In this document: positions 29,169 through 38,855 of the stretch, one piece after another
Position numbering within the stretch: position 1 is the stretch's first letter
Layout of the letters: every line of letters starts with the position of its first letter
Assembly: GCA_902791965.1 (NCBI GenBank)
Contig: CADAXZ010000004.1
Location: forward strand, 1-46,345
Origin: Candidatus Proelusimicrobium bovinum
Lineage (GTDB): Bacteria > Elusimicrobiota > Elusimicrobia > Elusimicrobiales > Elusimicrobiaceae
Reading direction: 5' to 3'
Length of the DNA stretch: 46,345 nt
The notes under the pieces: generated by a model
The model's database searches: none
Seen by the model: only the letters and a program-made list of their open reading frames with translations
Told to the model about the DNA's origin: nothing
Position numbers and translations under genes: made by a program

Positions 29169-31742
29169 ATGGGAATTTTATTTTCAATAACGGCTTTAAT
29201 ATTGGCAATTATAGCCTTGTCAAAAAATTCAAACACAAATTACAGAATTTATACTCTTGAAAAGAAAATTGAAGAACTTTCAAAAAACAAATCTTTAAAA
29301 ACCGAAGCACAACAAAGTACAATCCAACCCACGCCGCAACAAACCGATGAACAAGTTTTACCGGCAGAAACTATAAATCCGCAGGAGCAATCTTCCGGAC
29401 AAAATCCGCCCCGATATTCCCCTCTGCAAGAACAAAAAATATTTACGCAAGAAGAACAACAAACAGACCAAACACAGCCTGCCTATACTGAAATACCGTC
29501 TTTTAAAGAGGACTCTTTCCCGCAGGAAACAAAAAATTTATCCGCGCAAGAAAATTATACTGCCACTTCCGGCGGTGTACAAGAACAAGAGCCTGTAAAT
29601 ATCGCAAAAGTATTTTCTTGGATAGGCGGTATTTTGCTTGTTTTGGGCGCTTTATTTACTTTCTTATATCTGTTCCAAAAAGGGTTTATCACTTTGGGAA
29701 TGGTGTTTTCTACCGCTTGGATTATCGGGGCAGGTTTAGTTGCCGCAGGCTTGATTATGAAGCAGGAAGATGTCCAAACTACCGCATCAACTTTATGCGC
29801 ATCCGGCGTAAGTATTTGTTTTATATCGGCATTTGCTGCATATAAATTTAATATACTGCCTATGACTGCCGCTTTTATATTTATGACGGCAACGGCCTTT
29901 ATTTCCTTTTGGGTATCCGTTTATAAAGAAAAGCAATTTATCAGTTTCCTTGCTTTGATAGCAGCCTTTTTAACACCGCTGCTTTTATCATCGGGGCAAG
30001 ACCATTACATCTTCTTCTTTACCTATTTACTTATTGTAAATATCCCAGCGGCAGTAATAGCCTTAAAAAAGAACTGGCCCGGCCTTGCCTATACCGCCGC
30101 CGCGCTTACTTTACTGTGCCAGTTTATGTATATTTGCGGCAGCCGCGGCGGTACTTATTTTTATATTATATGCGGCGTTTATGCTCTTATTGCCTGCTTT
30201 GCCGCTTTGCGTAATACACAAAAAACCGACGGCGGAATTCTTACAGGCGCTATGAATATATTTGCCGCTTTGCAAACTGCAATATTATCCTTGGCCTTTA
30301 TAGGAAACAGCGTAAATCCCGCAAATATTTATTATGTTTTTGCCGTTGTGGGGCTTATCAATATTGCTTTATTCTTATTCCACATTAAGAAAAAGGACAA
30401 CTCCCACGGTATTTATATCGCGCTTGGCTTTACTTTAATTTGCCAGATGATAGGCTGCTTTACCGCAAAAGCAGGCATAAATTTCTTTACAGTTCCTACG
30501 GTTTACGGCCTTTTAGCCTGCGCTGCCGGCCTGATAAATAAAGAAAAACTAAACAGGAATGTTTTTATAACCACAGGCGTATTTATAGCGGCAAATATCT
30601 TTATTTTGGGTTTATGTTCCTTTACTAAAGGCTCGGCAAATATTATTCATTTATATTTCGGCGCGGCATTACTTTTAACCGTTGCCGCCTTTGCTTTTGA
30701 AGCCTTGCATAATACAAAATTTATAAATATCTCCGCTTTGATAAGTTGGGTATTTTTCTATCTTTTCTTTACCATAGAGCATTACTACGCAAGGCCTAAT
30801 GTCGGATATGCGGTACTTGGTGTTTTTGCATTGTTTTATATTTTCCCGTTTATCTGCAAGAACAGATTTAAAGACGGCGGCATACAATGGCTTTCCGCCG
30901 CGGGAGTATCTGTCGCGGCTTTTGTACCGGTTTATATATCTTTGGGCAAAGCCTATTTTGCCGAAACTTTAGGCATAATACCCGCGTTCTTTGCCGTATG
31001 CTATTTACTGCCGGCAATTACTTACCTTAAAGATAATAAAGATTTACCTAAAGCCCAAGCAATATTTTTTGCTTTCGCACTTGTCTTTACGGCTTTGGTT
31101 ATGCCGGTGCAATTCAGCGGGAAATGGCTTACGGTTATGTTCTCTTTATATGCCGCGGCATTATGCTGGCTTGATAATAAAGTAGAAAATAAAGCCATAA
31201 TACCTATGGCTTGGATAATATTTGCCGTAGTGTTTATCCGCCTTGCGCTTAATCCGTTTATATTTGAATACTGCACAAGCGAAACAAAAATATTTAATTG
31301 GTATATGCTTATATTCGGCGCGGGCGCTGGCGCAATGCTGGTATCGGCTAAATTCTTTTTGCAAAAGCATTTAAACTTTAAAAATGTTTTAAATGCCTGC
31401 GGCGGAATATTGTTATTCTGGCTGCTTAATATTGAAATTGCCGATTACTTTGCACAAGGCAGGCATTTAGATTTCAACTTTATGGGGGATTTTGCCGAGG
31501 CAATCTCATATACAATCGGCTGGGCAGTTTACGGTGCTGCCGCCTGTATTATATCTTTCCTTAACAAAAGCAAAGTACTTGCCAAATGCGGCATTTTTAT
31601 AATTTGTGTCGCTTTGGTAAAACTTGCATTAGATATATGGCAGCTGGAAATGTTTTACAGGATTATAGGCGTATTCAGTTTGGCCGTTTTGCTTATAGTA
31701 ATAGCATTCCTGTTCCAAAAATATAATAAGGAAGAAAAATAA
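29169..31742 (+). CDS. large polytopic membrane protein (about 20+ TM helices), DUF2339-like
   Basis: 857 aa; single N-terminal TM, then a Q/T/E-rich low-complexity linker (about 150 aa), then a continuous array of hydrophobic helices to the C-terminus; the family assignment is tentative and based on architecture only. Confidence 0.65.
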   Translation: MGILFSITALILAIIALSKNSNTNYRIYTLEKKIEELSKNKSLKTEAQQSTIQPTPQQTDEQVLPAETINPQEQSSGQNPPRYSPLQEQKIFTQEEQQTDQTQPAYTEIPSFKEDSFPQETKNLSAQENYTATSGGVQEQEPVNIAKVFSWIGGILLVLGALFTFLYLFQKGFITLGMVFSTAWIIGAGLVAAGLIMKQEDVQTTASTLCASGVSICFISAFAAYKFNILPMTAAFIFMTATAFISFWVSVYKEKQFISFLALIAAFLTPLLLSSGQDHYIFFFTYLLIVNIPAAVIALKKNWPGLAYTAAALTLLCQFMYICGSRGGTYFYIICGVYALIACFAALRNTQKTDGGILTGAMNIFAALQTAILSLAFIGNSVNPANIYYVFAVVGLINIALFLFHIKKKDNSHGIYIALGFTLICQMIGCFTAKAGINFFTVPTVYGLLACAAGLINKEKLNRNVFITTGVFIAANIFILGLCSFTKGSANIIHLYFGAALLLTVAAFAFEALHNTKFINISALISWVFFYLFFTIEHYYARPNVGYAVLGVFALFYIFPFICKNRFKDGGIQWLSAAGVSVAAFVPVYISLGKAYFAETLGIIPAFFAVCYLLPAITYLKDNKDLPKAQAIFFAFALVFTALVMPVQFSGKWLTVMFSLYAAALCWLDNKVENKAIIPMAWIIFAVVFIRLALNPFIFEYCTSETKIFNWYMLIFGAGAGAMLVSAKFFLQKHLNFKNVLNACGGILLFWLLNIEIADYFAQGRHLDFNFMGDFAEAISYTIGWAVYGAAACIISFLNKSKVLAKCGIFIICVALVKLALDIWQLEMFYRIIGVFSLAVLLIVIAFLFQKYNKEEK

Positions 31743-31796
31743 AATCTTACAGACAAAATAATTTATCTGCCCAAGCATTGATGTTTTAGCATATAC

Positions 31797-31824
31797 AAAG
31801 CCCCGCCGTTAAGCGGGGCTTTAT
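31797..31824. terminator. bidirectional terminator between the membrane-protein gene and convergent pcrA/uvrD
   Basis: aaagccccgc-cgttaa-gcggggcttt, 10-bp stem. Confidence 0.7.
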
Positions 31825-31847
31825 TAAACGGCATATCGCCAAATAAT

Positions 31848-34163
31848 TTACAATATTTCAAGCGGGGCAAATTTTAATATAAAGACACGCTTTGTACCGT
31901 TGCCGAATATTACCGTTATTTTAGCCGAATCGCCCGAACCGGAAATCGCCACTACCCTGCCTTGCCCGAACACCCCGTGCTTTACCAAAGTACCTACGCT
32001 TACCCCGCCTTCCTTTTTAGGTTCGCAAGGCTGATAGGAATAATCATCAGTTTCCTGTTTGGCAAACTGCGGCGCAAATTTTTTAAAAGTATCCTGATAA
32101 TTAGACGAATTATCATAAGAAACGCTGTTGCGCGAACTCCACCTGTTATACCCGCCGGAAGAATATCTTTCCCGCGGATTTATTTCCGTTCTTTCCATCG
32201 GCCCTGTATAAGAAGAAGGCTCTATAAGTTCGCTGTCAAACAAAAAACGGGAAGCCAAATTCTGGAAAGTTTTCCCGTAAAGGCGGCGCACAGCGGCATA
32301 AGTCATAAAAAGATATTTTTTGGCCCTTGTCATAGCCACATAACAAAGGCGGCGTTCTTCTTCCAAATCGTCGTCATCTTTGCCGTTTAAAGGGAAAAGC
32401 CCCTCCTCAAGCCCGCTGACAAATACCGCCGGAAACTCCAACCCTTTTGCAAGATGCACCGTCATTAAAGTTATTGCACCGCCGCTTTCCCCGCTGACTT
32501 CTTCTGCCCCGCTGATAAGAGAAACTTCCTGCAAATAGCCAGAAAGCGTAGGCTCAGTTTCCTGCTTAAAACAGCGTTCTTCAAATTCTTTTACCGCGTT
32601 TATAAGTTCGCCCAAGTTGCGCAAACGGTTTTCGGCATCAGGGTCTTTTAACATTTCGGCTTCAAGCGCCTGTTTATAGCCTGAAGTTTCCAATATCTTT
32701 GTAAACAGTTCACTGGGGGAAGAAATATCCATTTCCAATGCAAGGCTGTCAAAAAAATCCAAAAACTCTTTGGCGGCGCGGCGCGCAGTAGGTTTTAAAG
32801 TATCAATAAATTCCTGCTCTTTGAAAGCCTTAAAAAGAGGTATTTCCCCTCTCTCATTAGCATATACCGTAAGCGCCTGTTGGGCACTTTCCCCAAAGCC
32901 GCGCTTAGGTGTATTTATCACACGCAAAAAACTTACCGTATCGTTCGGATTAACCAAAAGTTTGGCATAGGCAAGAATATCTTTAATTTCTTTTCTGTCA
33001 TAGAATTTTACCGCACCGATAAGTTTATAAGGTATCTGATAACGGCGGAAAGTGTCTTCAAAATTCCTTGATTGCGCATTAGTGCGGTAAAAGACGGCTA
33101 TATCGTTTAAACTTAACCCCTCATCATCAATCAGGCTGTTTATGCGGTTTGCAATCCAGCGGGCTTCTTCGCCTTCGCTTGCTGTTTCCATAACGGTTAT
33201 AGGCTCGCCGGAAATAACTTTGCTGTAAAGATTCTTTTCCCTGCGGTTTTTATTCTTACGGATTAGTTTATTGGAAGCATCCAAAATAATCTGCGTGGAA
33301 CGGTAATTTTGTTCAAGCGTTATAACTTTAGCATCATTAAAATCCCGTTCAAATTCCATAATATTGCGGATATTTGCACCGCGCCAGGAATATATAGATT
33401 GGTCAGGGTCGCCCACGACGCACAAATTACGGTGCTTTGCCGCTAAGGCCCTTGTCAAAGTGTATTGGGTATGGTTTGTGTCTTGATATTCGTCAACCAA
33501 AATATATTCAAAATAATTTTGGTAATATTCCAAAACATCTTTATTTATTTTAAACAGTTCTACCACTTTCATCAGCAAATCGCCGAAGTCCAAAGCACCG
33601 GCCGCAGTAAGTTTGGCCTGGTAGCGTCCGTAAACTTCTGCCGTCTGTATTCTTTTGGGGTTATTGCTTGCCATTGCGTGAACGCTGAAAGATTCTGGAT
33701 CAAGCATATCATCTTTGGCGCGTGATATTGCAGAAACATAATAATTAACTTCTTTTTTGGCATCTTTTATACCCATTTCTTCCAGCACTAAAGTAATAAT
33801 TTTCTTCTGTTCGGCTTCGTCGTAAATAGAAAAATCCCTGATAAGTTTTAAATGTTCGGCATTGCGCCTTAATATCCTTACCGCAAAAGAATGGAAAGTA
33901 TGTATCCACACCCTTGAAGAATTACCCGGCACAAGGGCTTCTATTCTTTCCCGCATTTCATTTGCGGCTTTATTGGTAAAAGTTACCGCCAAAATCCTGC
34001 TTGGGGATATGCCGTCTGCTATCAGTTTGGCTACTTTACAGGTTAGTGTTTTTGTCTTGCCGGTTCCCGCACCTGCGATAATAAGGCAAGGCCCGCCGTT
34101 ATAGTTTACGGCTTCAAGTTGGGCAGGGTTTAAAGTAGATAAAATTTCGTCTATGGAAGTCAT
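31848..34163 (-). CDS. pcrA: ATP-dependent DNA helicase, UvrD/PcrA/Rep family (SF1A)
   Basis: 771 aa; Walker A AGAGTGKTKT; SF1 motifs including VDEYQDTN and TLEQNYRS; C-terminal about 90 aa with a Tudor-like KHGVFGQGRVV...ITVIFGNG segment. Confidence 0.92.
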   Translation of the reverse strand: MTSIDEILSTLNPAQLEAVNYNGGPCLIIAGAGTGKTKTLTCKVAKLIADGISPSRILAVTFTNKAANEMRERIEALVPGNSSRVWIHTFHSFAVRILRRNAEHLKLIRDFSIYDEAEQKKIITLVLEEMGIKDAKKEVNYYVSAISRAKDDMLDPESFSVHAMASNNPKRIQTAEVYGRYQAKLTAAGALDFGDLLMKVVELFKINKDVLEYYQNYFEYILVDEYQDTNHTQYTLTRALAAKHRNLCVVGDPDQSIYSWRGANIRNIMEFERDFNDAKVITLEQNYRSTQIILDASNKLIRKNKNRREKNLYSKVISGEPITVMETASEGEEARWIANRINSLIDDEGLSLNDIAVFYRTNAQSRNFEDTFRRYQIPYKLIGAVKFYDRKEIKDILAYAKLLVNPNDTVSFLRVINTPKRGFGESAQQALTVYANERGEIPLFKAFKEQEFIDTLKPTARRAAKEFLDFFDSLALEMDISSPSELFTKILETSGYKQALEAEMLKDPDAENRLRNLGELINAVKEFEERCFKQETEPTLSGYLQEVSLISGAEEVSGESGGAITLMTVHLAKGLEFPAVFVSGLEEGLFPLNGKDDDDLEEERRLCYVAMTRAKKYLFMTYAAVRRLYGKTFQNLASRFLFDSELIEPSSYTGPMERTEINPRERYSSGGYNRWSSRNSVSYDNSSNYQDTFKKFAPQFAKQETDDYSYQPCEPKKEGGVSVGTLVKHGVFGQGRVVAISGSGDSAKITVIFGNGTKRVFILKFAPLEIL

Positions 34164-35359
34164 TTCAGTTTAAGTTCCGTTAAAGTTTCTATATGTTCGC
34201 TGTGCGGGAAAAAGTCAAAACATTCCGCGTGGACAACCTCATATTTAGCGCTTAAAGTTTTAAGGTTTTCCGCCAAAGTAGCAGGATTACAAGATATATA
34301 AAGTATAGTTTTAACCCCGCTGTTTAAAATAGTCTGGCAGGCTTTGGGATGAACGCCGCTTCTGGGCGGGTCAAGCACGATAAGAGAGTTTTTATTACCC
34401 AGCCTTTGTTTGGTTAAAAAATCTTCCGTAGTGGAATTAAAGAAACTTACATTTTCCGCTTTATTTAATGCGGCGTTTTTTATACCGTTATTTACGGCGC
34501 TTGCAACACTTTCCACACAGATACTCTTGCCGACATAAGGCGCGCAACATAAACTGAAACTGCCCGCCCCGCCGTATAAATCATACATAACCGCAGGATT
34601 TAACTCCGCTACTCTGTTTGCAACTTTTTGGTAAAGTAAATTTGCCGCTTTTGTATTTGTTTGGAAAAATGACTGCGGGGAAATTTCAAAAATAATTTCC
34701 CGCCCGCTTTCAAAAATTTTTTCCCGCATTATGCCGCGGCCTTTAAGTAGTTGTATATTGCAAATACCCGCCGCGTCAGACATACCTGCATTAACTGCCG
34801 TTAAAATGCTGTAAGACGGATAAAACTGCTCCACTAAAGGGATAAAGGAAGTTGCGTCAAACGGGGCGGCGGTAATCAAAACGGCCATACCTTCCCCCGT
34901 ATTTACGCCGCGGCGCAGCATAAGCCCGCGCAGAACGCCGCTATGCGTGCGCTGGTCATAAAACGGCACTTGTAAATCTAAAGCCCATTTCCTTACGGCG
35001 GCGGCAAAAGCGGATAAATTTGGTTCGTACAAAAGACAACCGGATATATTAACACTTCTGTCCCAGCGGCCTTTCATACGGAAACCGAAGGTATTTTCAA
35101 ATTCTAACGGTTTGGATTTATCGCGGATAAATTTTTTCTTTTTGGCGAAAGGCTCGCTCCAAACGACCTGCCGGCAGAAACTGAGTTCAATTTTATTGCG
35201 GAAATATTCCGTCTGCGGGGAAGGCGTAATATTAATTTCCCCGCTGTAAAAAGGTGCAAGCAGTTTAACAACTTTGCCTTTTTTAATTTCAATTTGGGCG
35301 GCGTAGTCATCCTGTTTTAAACTGCATCCGCCGCATAAGGAAAAACTTTTACAAACCAT
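34160..35359 (-). CDS. rlmD: 23S rRNA (uracil-C5)-methyltransferase, RlmD/RumA (TrmA) family
   Basis: 399 aa; N-terminal Cys cluster CGGCS (TRAM/[4Fe-4S]); SAM fold motifs DLYGGAGSFSL and LDPPRSG; catalytic Cys in the C-terminal ISCNPAT; overlaps pcrA by 4 nt. Confidence 0.85.
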   Translation of the reverse strand: MVCKSFSLCGGCSLKQDDYAAQIEIKKGKVVKLLAPFYSGEINITPSPQTEYFRNKIELSFCRQVVWSEPFAKKKKFIRDKSKPLEFENTFGFRMKGRWDRSVNISGCLLYEPNLSAFAAAVRKWALDLQVPFYDQRTHSGVLRGLMLRRGVNTGEGMAVLITAAPFDATSFIPLVEQFYPSYSILTAVNAGMSDAAGICNIQLLKGRGIMREKIFESGREIIFEISPQSFFQTNTKAANLLYQKVANRVAELNPAVMYDLYGGAGSFSLCCAPYVGKSICVESVASAVNNGIKNAALNKAENVSFFNSTTEDFLTKQRLGNKNSLIVLDPPRSGVHPKACQTILNSGVKTILYISCNPATLAENLKTLSAKYEVVHAECFDFFPHSEHIETLTELKLK

Positions 35360-36432
35360 TACACATTAAACCTGAATACGCAGACATCGCCGTCCTGCAT
35401 AATATAATCGCGTCCTTCCTGGCGGATTAAGCCCTTTTCTTTAAGGGCCTTTTCGGATTTATATTCCAAAATATCTTTTACGCTGTAAACTTCCGCACAG
35501 ATAAATCCGCGCTCAATATCGCTGTGTATTTTACCAGCCGCTTTGGGTGCCGGACAGCCCACAGGTATTAACCAGGAGCGCACTTCCACTTCCGGCCCTG
35601 CCGTAAAGAAAGTACACATATTTAAAAGTTTCATACCTTCGCGCACTATCTTTTCAAGCCCTGTATATTCAGAGCCGATTTCCGCCAAAAACATCTTTTT
35701 TTCGTCATCTTCAAGTTCGGCTATTTCGGCTTCAAATTTTATGCAAAGTTCCACAAAACCAGCCCCTGTTTTTTGGGCGTGTTCGCGCAGTTTTTTGGAG
35801 TTTTCCAAATTGGGCTTTTCGGAATTATTGCCGACATATAACATCGGCTTCATCGTTAAAAGTTGCAAATCTTTCTTTTCTTCTTCCTCAAGTTCCACGC
35901 TTGAGGCGGGCTTGCCTTCGCTTAAAGCCTTTTGCAGTTTGCGCAGAACTTCCAAACGCAGTTTTGCCTCTTTATTTCCGCTTTTGGCATTACTTTCGGC
36001 TTTGGGAAGCATCTTTTCCACGCTTTCCAAATCCGCAAGCATAAGTTCCGTTTCTATAATTTCAATATCCCTTAGCGGGTCAACACTGCCCGAAACATGG
36101 GTAATATTTTCATCTTCAAAAAGGCGTACCACATGGATAATGGCATCAACTTCCCTGATATTTGCAAGAAATTTATTACCTAATCCTTCCCCCTTGCTTG
36201 CGCCCTGCACAATACCGGCAATATCCACAAAGCGGATAAAAGCGGCAGTTTTCTTAGGCGGCTTAAACAGTTCAAAAAGCGCATCAAGGCGTTTATCGGG
36301 GATAGGCACAACGCCTACATTAGGCTCAATAGTAGTAAAAGGATAATTTGAGGCCTGCGCCCCCGCATTTGTTAAAGCATTAAAAAGAGAGGATTTCCCT
36401 ACATTGGGCAAACCGACGATTCCAATATCCAT
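35359..36432 (-). CDS. ychF: ribosome-binding ATPase YchF (Obg-family GTPase)
   Basis: 357 aa; G1 GLPNVGKSSLFN, G4 NVDE-like, C-terminal TGS domain (…IMQDGDVCVFRFNV); RBS GGAG 5 nt upstream. Confidence 0.95.
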   Translation of the reverse strand: MDIGIVGLPNVGKSSLFNALTNAGAQASNYPFTTIEPNVGVVPIPDKRLDALFELFKPPKKTAAFIRFVDIAGIVQGASKGEGLGNKFLANIREVDAIIHVVRLFEDENITHVSGSVDPLRDIEIIETELMLADLESVEKMLPKAESNAKSGNKEAKLRLEVLRKLQKALSEGKPASSVELEEEEKKDLQLLTMKPMLYVGNNSEKPNLENSKKLREHAQKTGAGFVELCIKFEAEIAELEDDEKKMFLAEIGSEYTGLEKIVREGMKLLNMCTFFTAGPEVEVRSWLIPVGCPAPKAAGKIHSDIERGFICAEVYSVKDILEYKSEKALKEKGLIRQEGRDYIMQDGDVCVFRFNV

Positions 36433-36469
36433 AAAAACTCCAAAAATAAAAATATCCGCTTTCGGCGGA
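36433..36469 (-). terminator. hairpin plus T-run downstream of tRNA-Glu and immediately upstream of ychF (terminator/attenuator)
   Basis: tccgc-tttcg-gcgga followed on the minus strand by tatttttattttt, ending 5 nt before the ychF RBS. Confidence 0.6.
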
Positions 36470-36490
36470 AGTTAAACACAGGCAGGAAAC

Positions 36491-36564
36491 CGTCTCGTAC
36501 GGGATTCGAACCCGTGATCTCCGCCTTGAGAGGGCGGCGTCCTAAACCGCTAGACGAACGAGAC
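36491..36564 (-). tRNA. tRNA-Glu (anticodon CTC), 74 nt, no encoded CCA
   Basis: Reverse complement GTCTCGTTCGTCTAGCGGTTTAGGACGCCGCCCTCTCAAGGCGGAGATCACGGGTTCGAATCCCGTACGAGACG; perfect cloverleaf, anticodon loop CTCTCAA, T-loop TTCGAAT. Confidence 0.88.
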
Positions 36565-36784
36565 TTAGACCTTTAATAAAACCAAATTCTTCGTCTGAGA
36601 ATTGCCTTCTTAAAACAAATGGCTTAACAATTTTAAGATTAACCACAATACCGCAAGCGTCCAAAAAGTATCCAAAATTTTTTAAAACCTGACATTTACG
36701 GCCAAAATTAAAAAGAACATCTGCTTACAAACAACTCTCAAATTCTTTATATATTTTAGCAAATTTAAAGCAATGTTTATAAAA

Positions 36785-36809
36785 AACGCCCTTTTTTATT
36801 AAGGGCGTT
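36785..36809. terminator. orphan terminator-like hairpin in a 400-bp non-coding region
   Basis: aacgccctt-ttttatt-aagggcgtt, 9-bp stem with T-runs on both strands; no annotated gene ends next to it on either strand. Confidence 0.4.
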
Positions 36810-36968
36810 TTCTGCCTTAAGGATACAGTATTAAAACAAACTGTTTAGCAATATCTTCTTCTTTATTATTACTAATCATAAGATTACGTTTCCGTTTTTT
36901 AAGAGATTCCCAGTTAATTTAGGCACTTATTTCTATAATGTAGTAAAATAAAAACAAGAGGTGAACTT

Positions 36969-37646
36969 ATGAAAAAATTTATTTGCGCGTTTATGTTGTT
37001 TTTTATCGTTATTTTTCCCGCTTGGGGTGATACTGTTTCCACCGACAAAAACGGCTTTGACAAGATATATAATGTCATTGATGATGCGGTGTTTGATTTG
37101 CGGTATTATTCCCCGTATAATTTCACCGGGCAAAAAATACGGGGTTATAATGCGCCTGTGGCCTATATGACCAAAGAAGCACTGCAAGCATTAGCCATAG
37201 CTGCTGCCGATTTACGTTCCCAAGGATACCGTATTTTAGTGTGGGATTCATACCGTCCGCAAAAAGCAGTGGATCATTTTGTGGAGTGGATAAAAGACCC
37301 TGACGACGATGGAAATAAGAGTTTTTATCCGACGCTCAAAAAGTCGGACTTAATTGCCGGGGATTACATTATGCCCAAGTCCGGGCATACGCGCGGCAGT
37401 ACGATTGATTTAACAATTATTAAACAAGACGGTTCTTTTGTGGATATGGGCGGTACATTTGATTTGTTTAGCGAAATTTCCCACCCCGACTACAAAAAAC
37501 TCACCAAAAAACAAAAGAAAAACCGCAAAATCTTGCGTGATGCTATGCTCAAAGCAGGGTTTAAGCCCCTCGATTCGGAGTGGTGGCACTTTACGCTCAA
37601 AAATGAGCCTTATCCGGATACTTACTTTAATTTTGATGTAGAATAG
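36969..37646 (+). CDS. ddpX: D-alanyl-D-alanine dipeptidase (VanX/DdpX, peptidase M15D), with N-terminal signal peptide
   Basis: 225 aa; zinc-ligand motifs SGHTRGSTIDL and EWWHF; substrate-binding YRP/WDSYR region; preceded by a TATAAT -10 (36934..36939) and RBS AAGAGGTGA. Confidence 0.85.
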   Translation: MKKFICAFMLFFIVIFPAWGDTVSTDKNGFDKIYNVIDDAVFDLRYYSPYNFTGQKIRGYNAPVAYMTKEALQALAIAAADLRSQGYRILVWDSYRPQKAVDHFVEWIKDPDDDGNKSFYPTLKKSDLIAGDYIMPKSGHTRGSTIDLTIIKQDGSFVDMGGTFDLFSEISHPDYKKLTKKQKKNRKILRDAMLKAGFKPLDSEWWHFTLKNEPYPDTYFNFDVE

Positions 37647-37654
37647 GAAATAAT

Positions 37655-38836
37655 ATGACGACATTACATACAAATATTTTAGGTATTGATTTTGAAAATC
37701 CGTTTTTACTTGCTTCCGCTCCGCCGACCGCGCAGATTGAAAGCGTTGATAAGGCCTTTGAAATGGGATGGGGCGGAGCCGTACTTAAAACAATTACCCC
37801 CGACGATTTGGAAATGAACGAAGCATCCCCGCGCTATGCGGTACTTACGGATAAAAAGCGTATTATCGGATTTCAAAATATTGAACTTTTAAGCCACCAA
37901 ACAATAAAGTATTGGTGCGACGGTATCAAATACCTGAAACACAAACATCCCTCTAAAGTGATTATTGCAAGCATTATGTCGCCGGTAGACAAAACCGCAT
38001 GGCAGGCACTCGTTAAAACCTTAAACAATACGCCGGCAGATGCGTTTGAATTAAACTTTTCTTGTCCGCACGGTATGCCGGAAAAGGGTATCGGTATGGC
38101 TATCGGTACGGACGCGGAAATATCAGCCAAGATTACCGGTTGGGTTAAAGAAGTAGCACAAAAGCCTGTATTTGTAAAACTCTCGCCTAATGTCAGCGAT
38201 ATTGCTGCAATAGGCTGCTGTGTAGAAAAAGCAGGGGCAGACGGTCTTACCGCTATCAATACCGTACAGGGCTTTATGGGGATAGATTTGAACACCTTGC
38301 GCCCGGTGTTGGATGTCCATGGTAAAACAACTTTCGGTGGATGTTCCGGCCCAATAGTGCGCCCTATTGGACTTCGTTGTGTAGTGCAGTTGCGTCAAGC
38401 AAGCAAGTTGCCTATTTTAGGACAGGGCGGCATTTCCACATGGGAAGATGCCGCACAGTATATCGCCGCAGGAGCAGACGCCGTACAGGTTTGTACGGAA
38501 GTAATGCTTAACGGATATAAGGTTATCGGCCCGATGCTTAAAGGTTTATACAATTATTTAGAAAGTAAAGGATTTACAGATATTAACGCGATAAAAAATA
38601 AGGCGGCTGAGTTGCTTACCGCACACAAAGCACTTCAAAAAACACCGCTTACTTATCCGCAGATTAATCACGAAAAATGCGGACGTTGCGGTAAATGCAT
38701 AACGATTTGCGAAGAATCCGAACACCGCGCCTTGCAGTTAAATGAAGGTTATATTGAGGTCCACCAAGAACGCTGCGTTGGGTGCGGGTTGTGCCGATTT
38801 GTTTGTCCTGCGGGAGCAATTATACAGCATCCGTAA
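37655..38836 (+). CDS. preA: dihydroorotate dehydrogenase-family flavoprotein with C-terminal 2x[4Fe-4S] ferredoxin domain (PreA-like NAD-dependent dihydropyrimidine dehydrogenase subunit)
   Basis: 393 aa; DHOD-like TIM-barrel motifs (FENPFLLASAPP, LNFSCPHG, catalytic Cys region); C-terminal CGRCGKCITIC and CVGCGLCRFVCP clusters. Confidence 0.85.
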   Translation: MTTLHTNILGIDFENPFLLASAPPTAQIESVDKAFEMGWGGAVLKTITPDDLEMNEASPRYAVLTDKKRIIGFQNIELLSHQTIKYWCDGIKYLKHKHPSKVIIASIMSPVDKTAWQALVKTLNNTPADAFELNFSCPHGMPEKGIGMAIGTDAEISAKITGWVKEVAQKPVFVKLSPNVSDIAAIGCCVEKAGADGLTAINTVQGFMGIDLNTLRPVLDVHGKTTFGGCSGPIVRPIGLRCVVQLRQASKLPILGQGGISTWEDAAQYIAAGADAVQVCTEVMLNGYKVIGPMLKGLYNYLESKGFTDINAIKNKAAELLTAHKALQKTPLTYPQINHEKCGRCGKCITICEESEHRALQLNEGYIEVHQERCVGCGLCRFVCPAGAIIQHP

Positions 38837-38855
38837 TATGCCTGAGGAAGTAAAG

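Noticed and set aside
38742-38855. N-terminal extension of the HAD-lipoprotein ORF (start at 38742) overlapping the end of preA
   Set aside because: The ATG at 38856 is preceded by a good RBS (GAGGAAG) and begins a canonical lipoprotein signal peptide. The upstream extension has no RBS and overlaps the preA ferredoxin domain.
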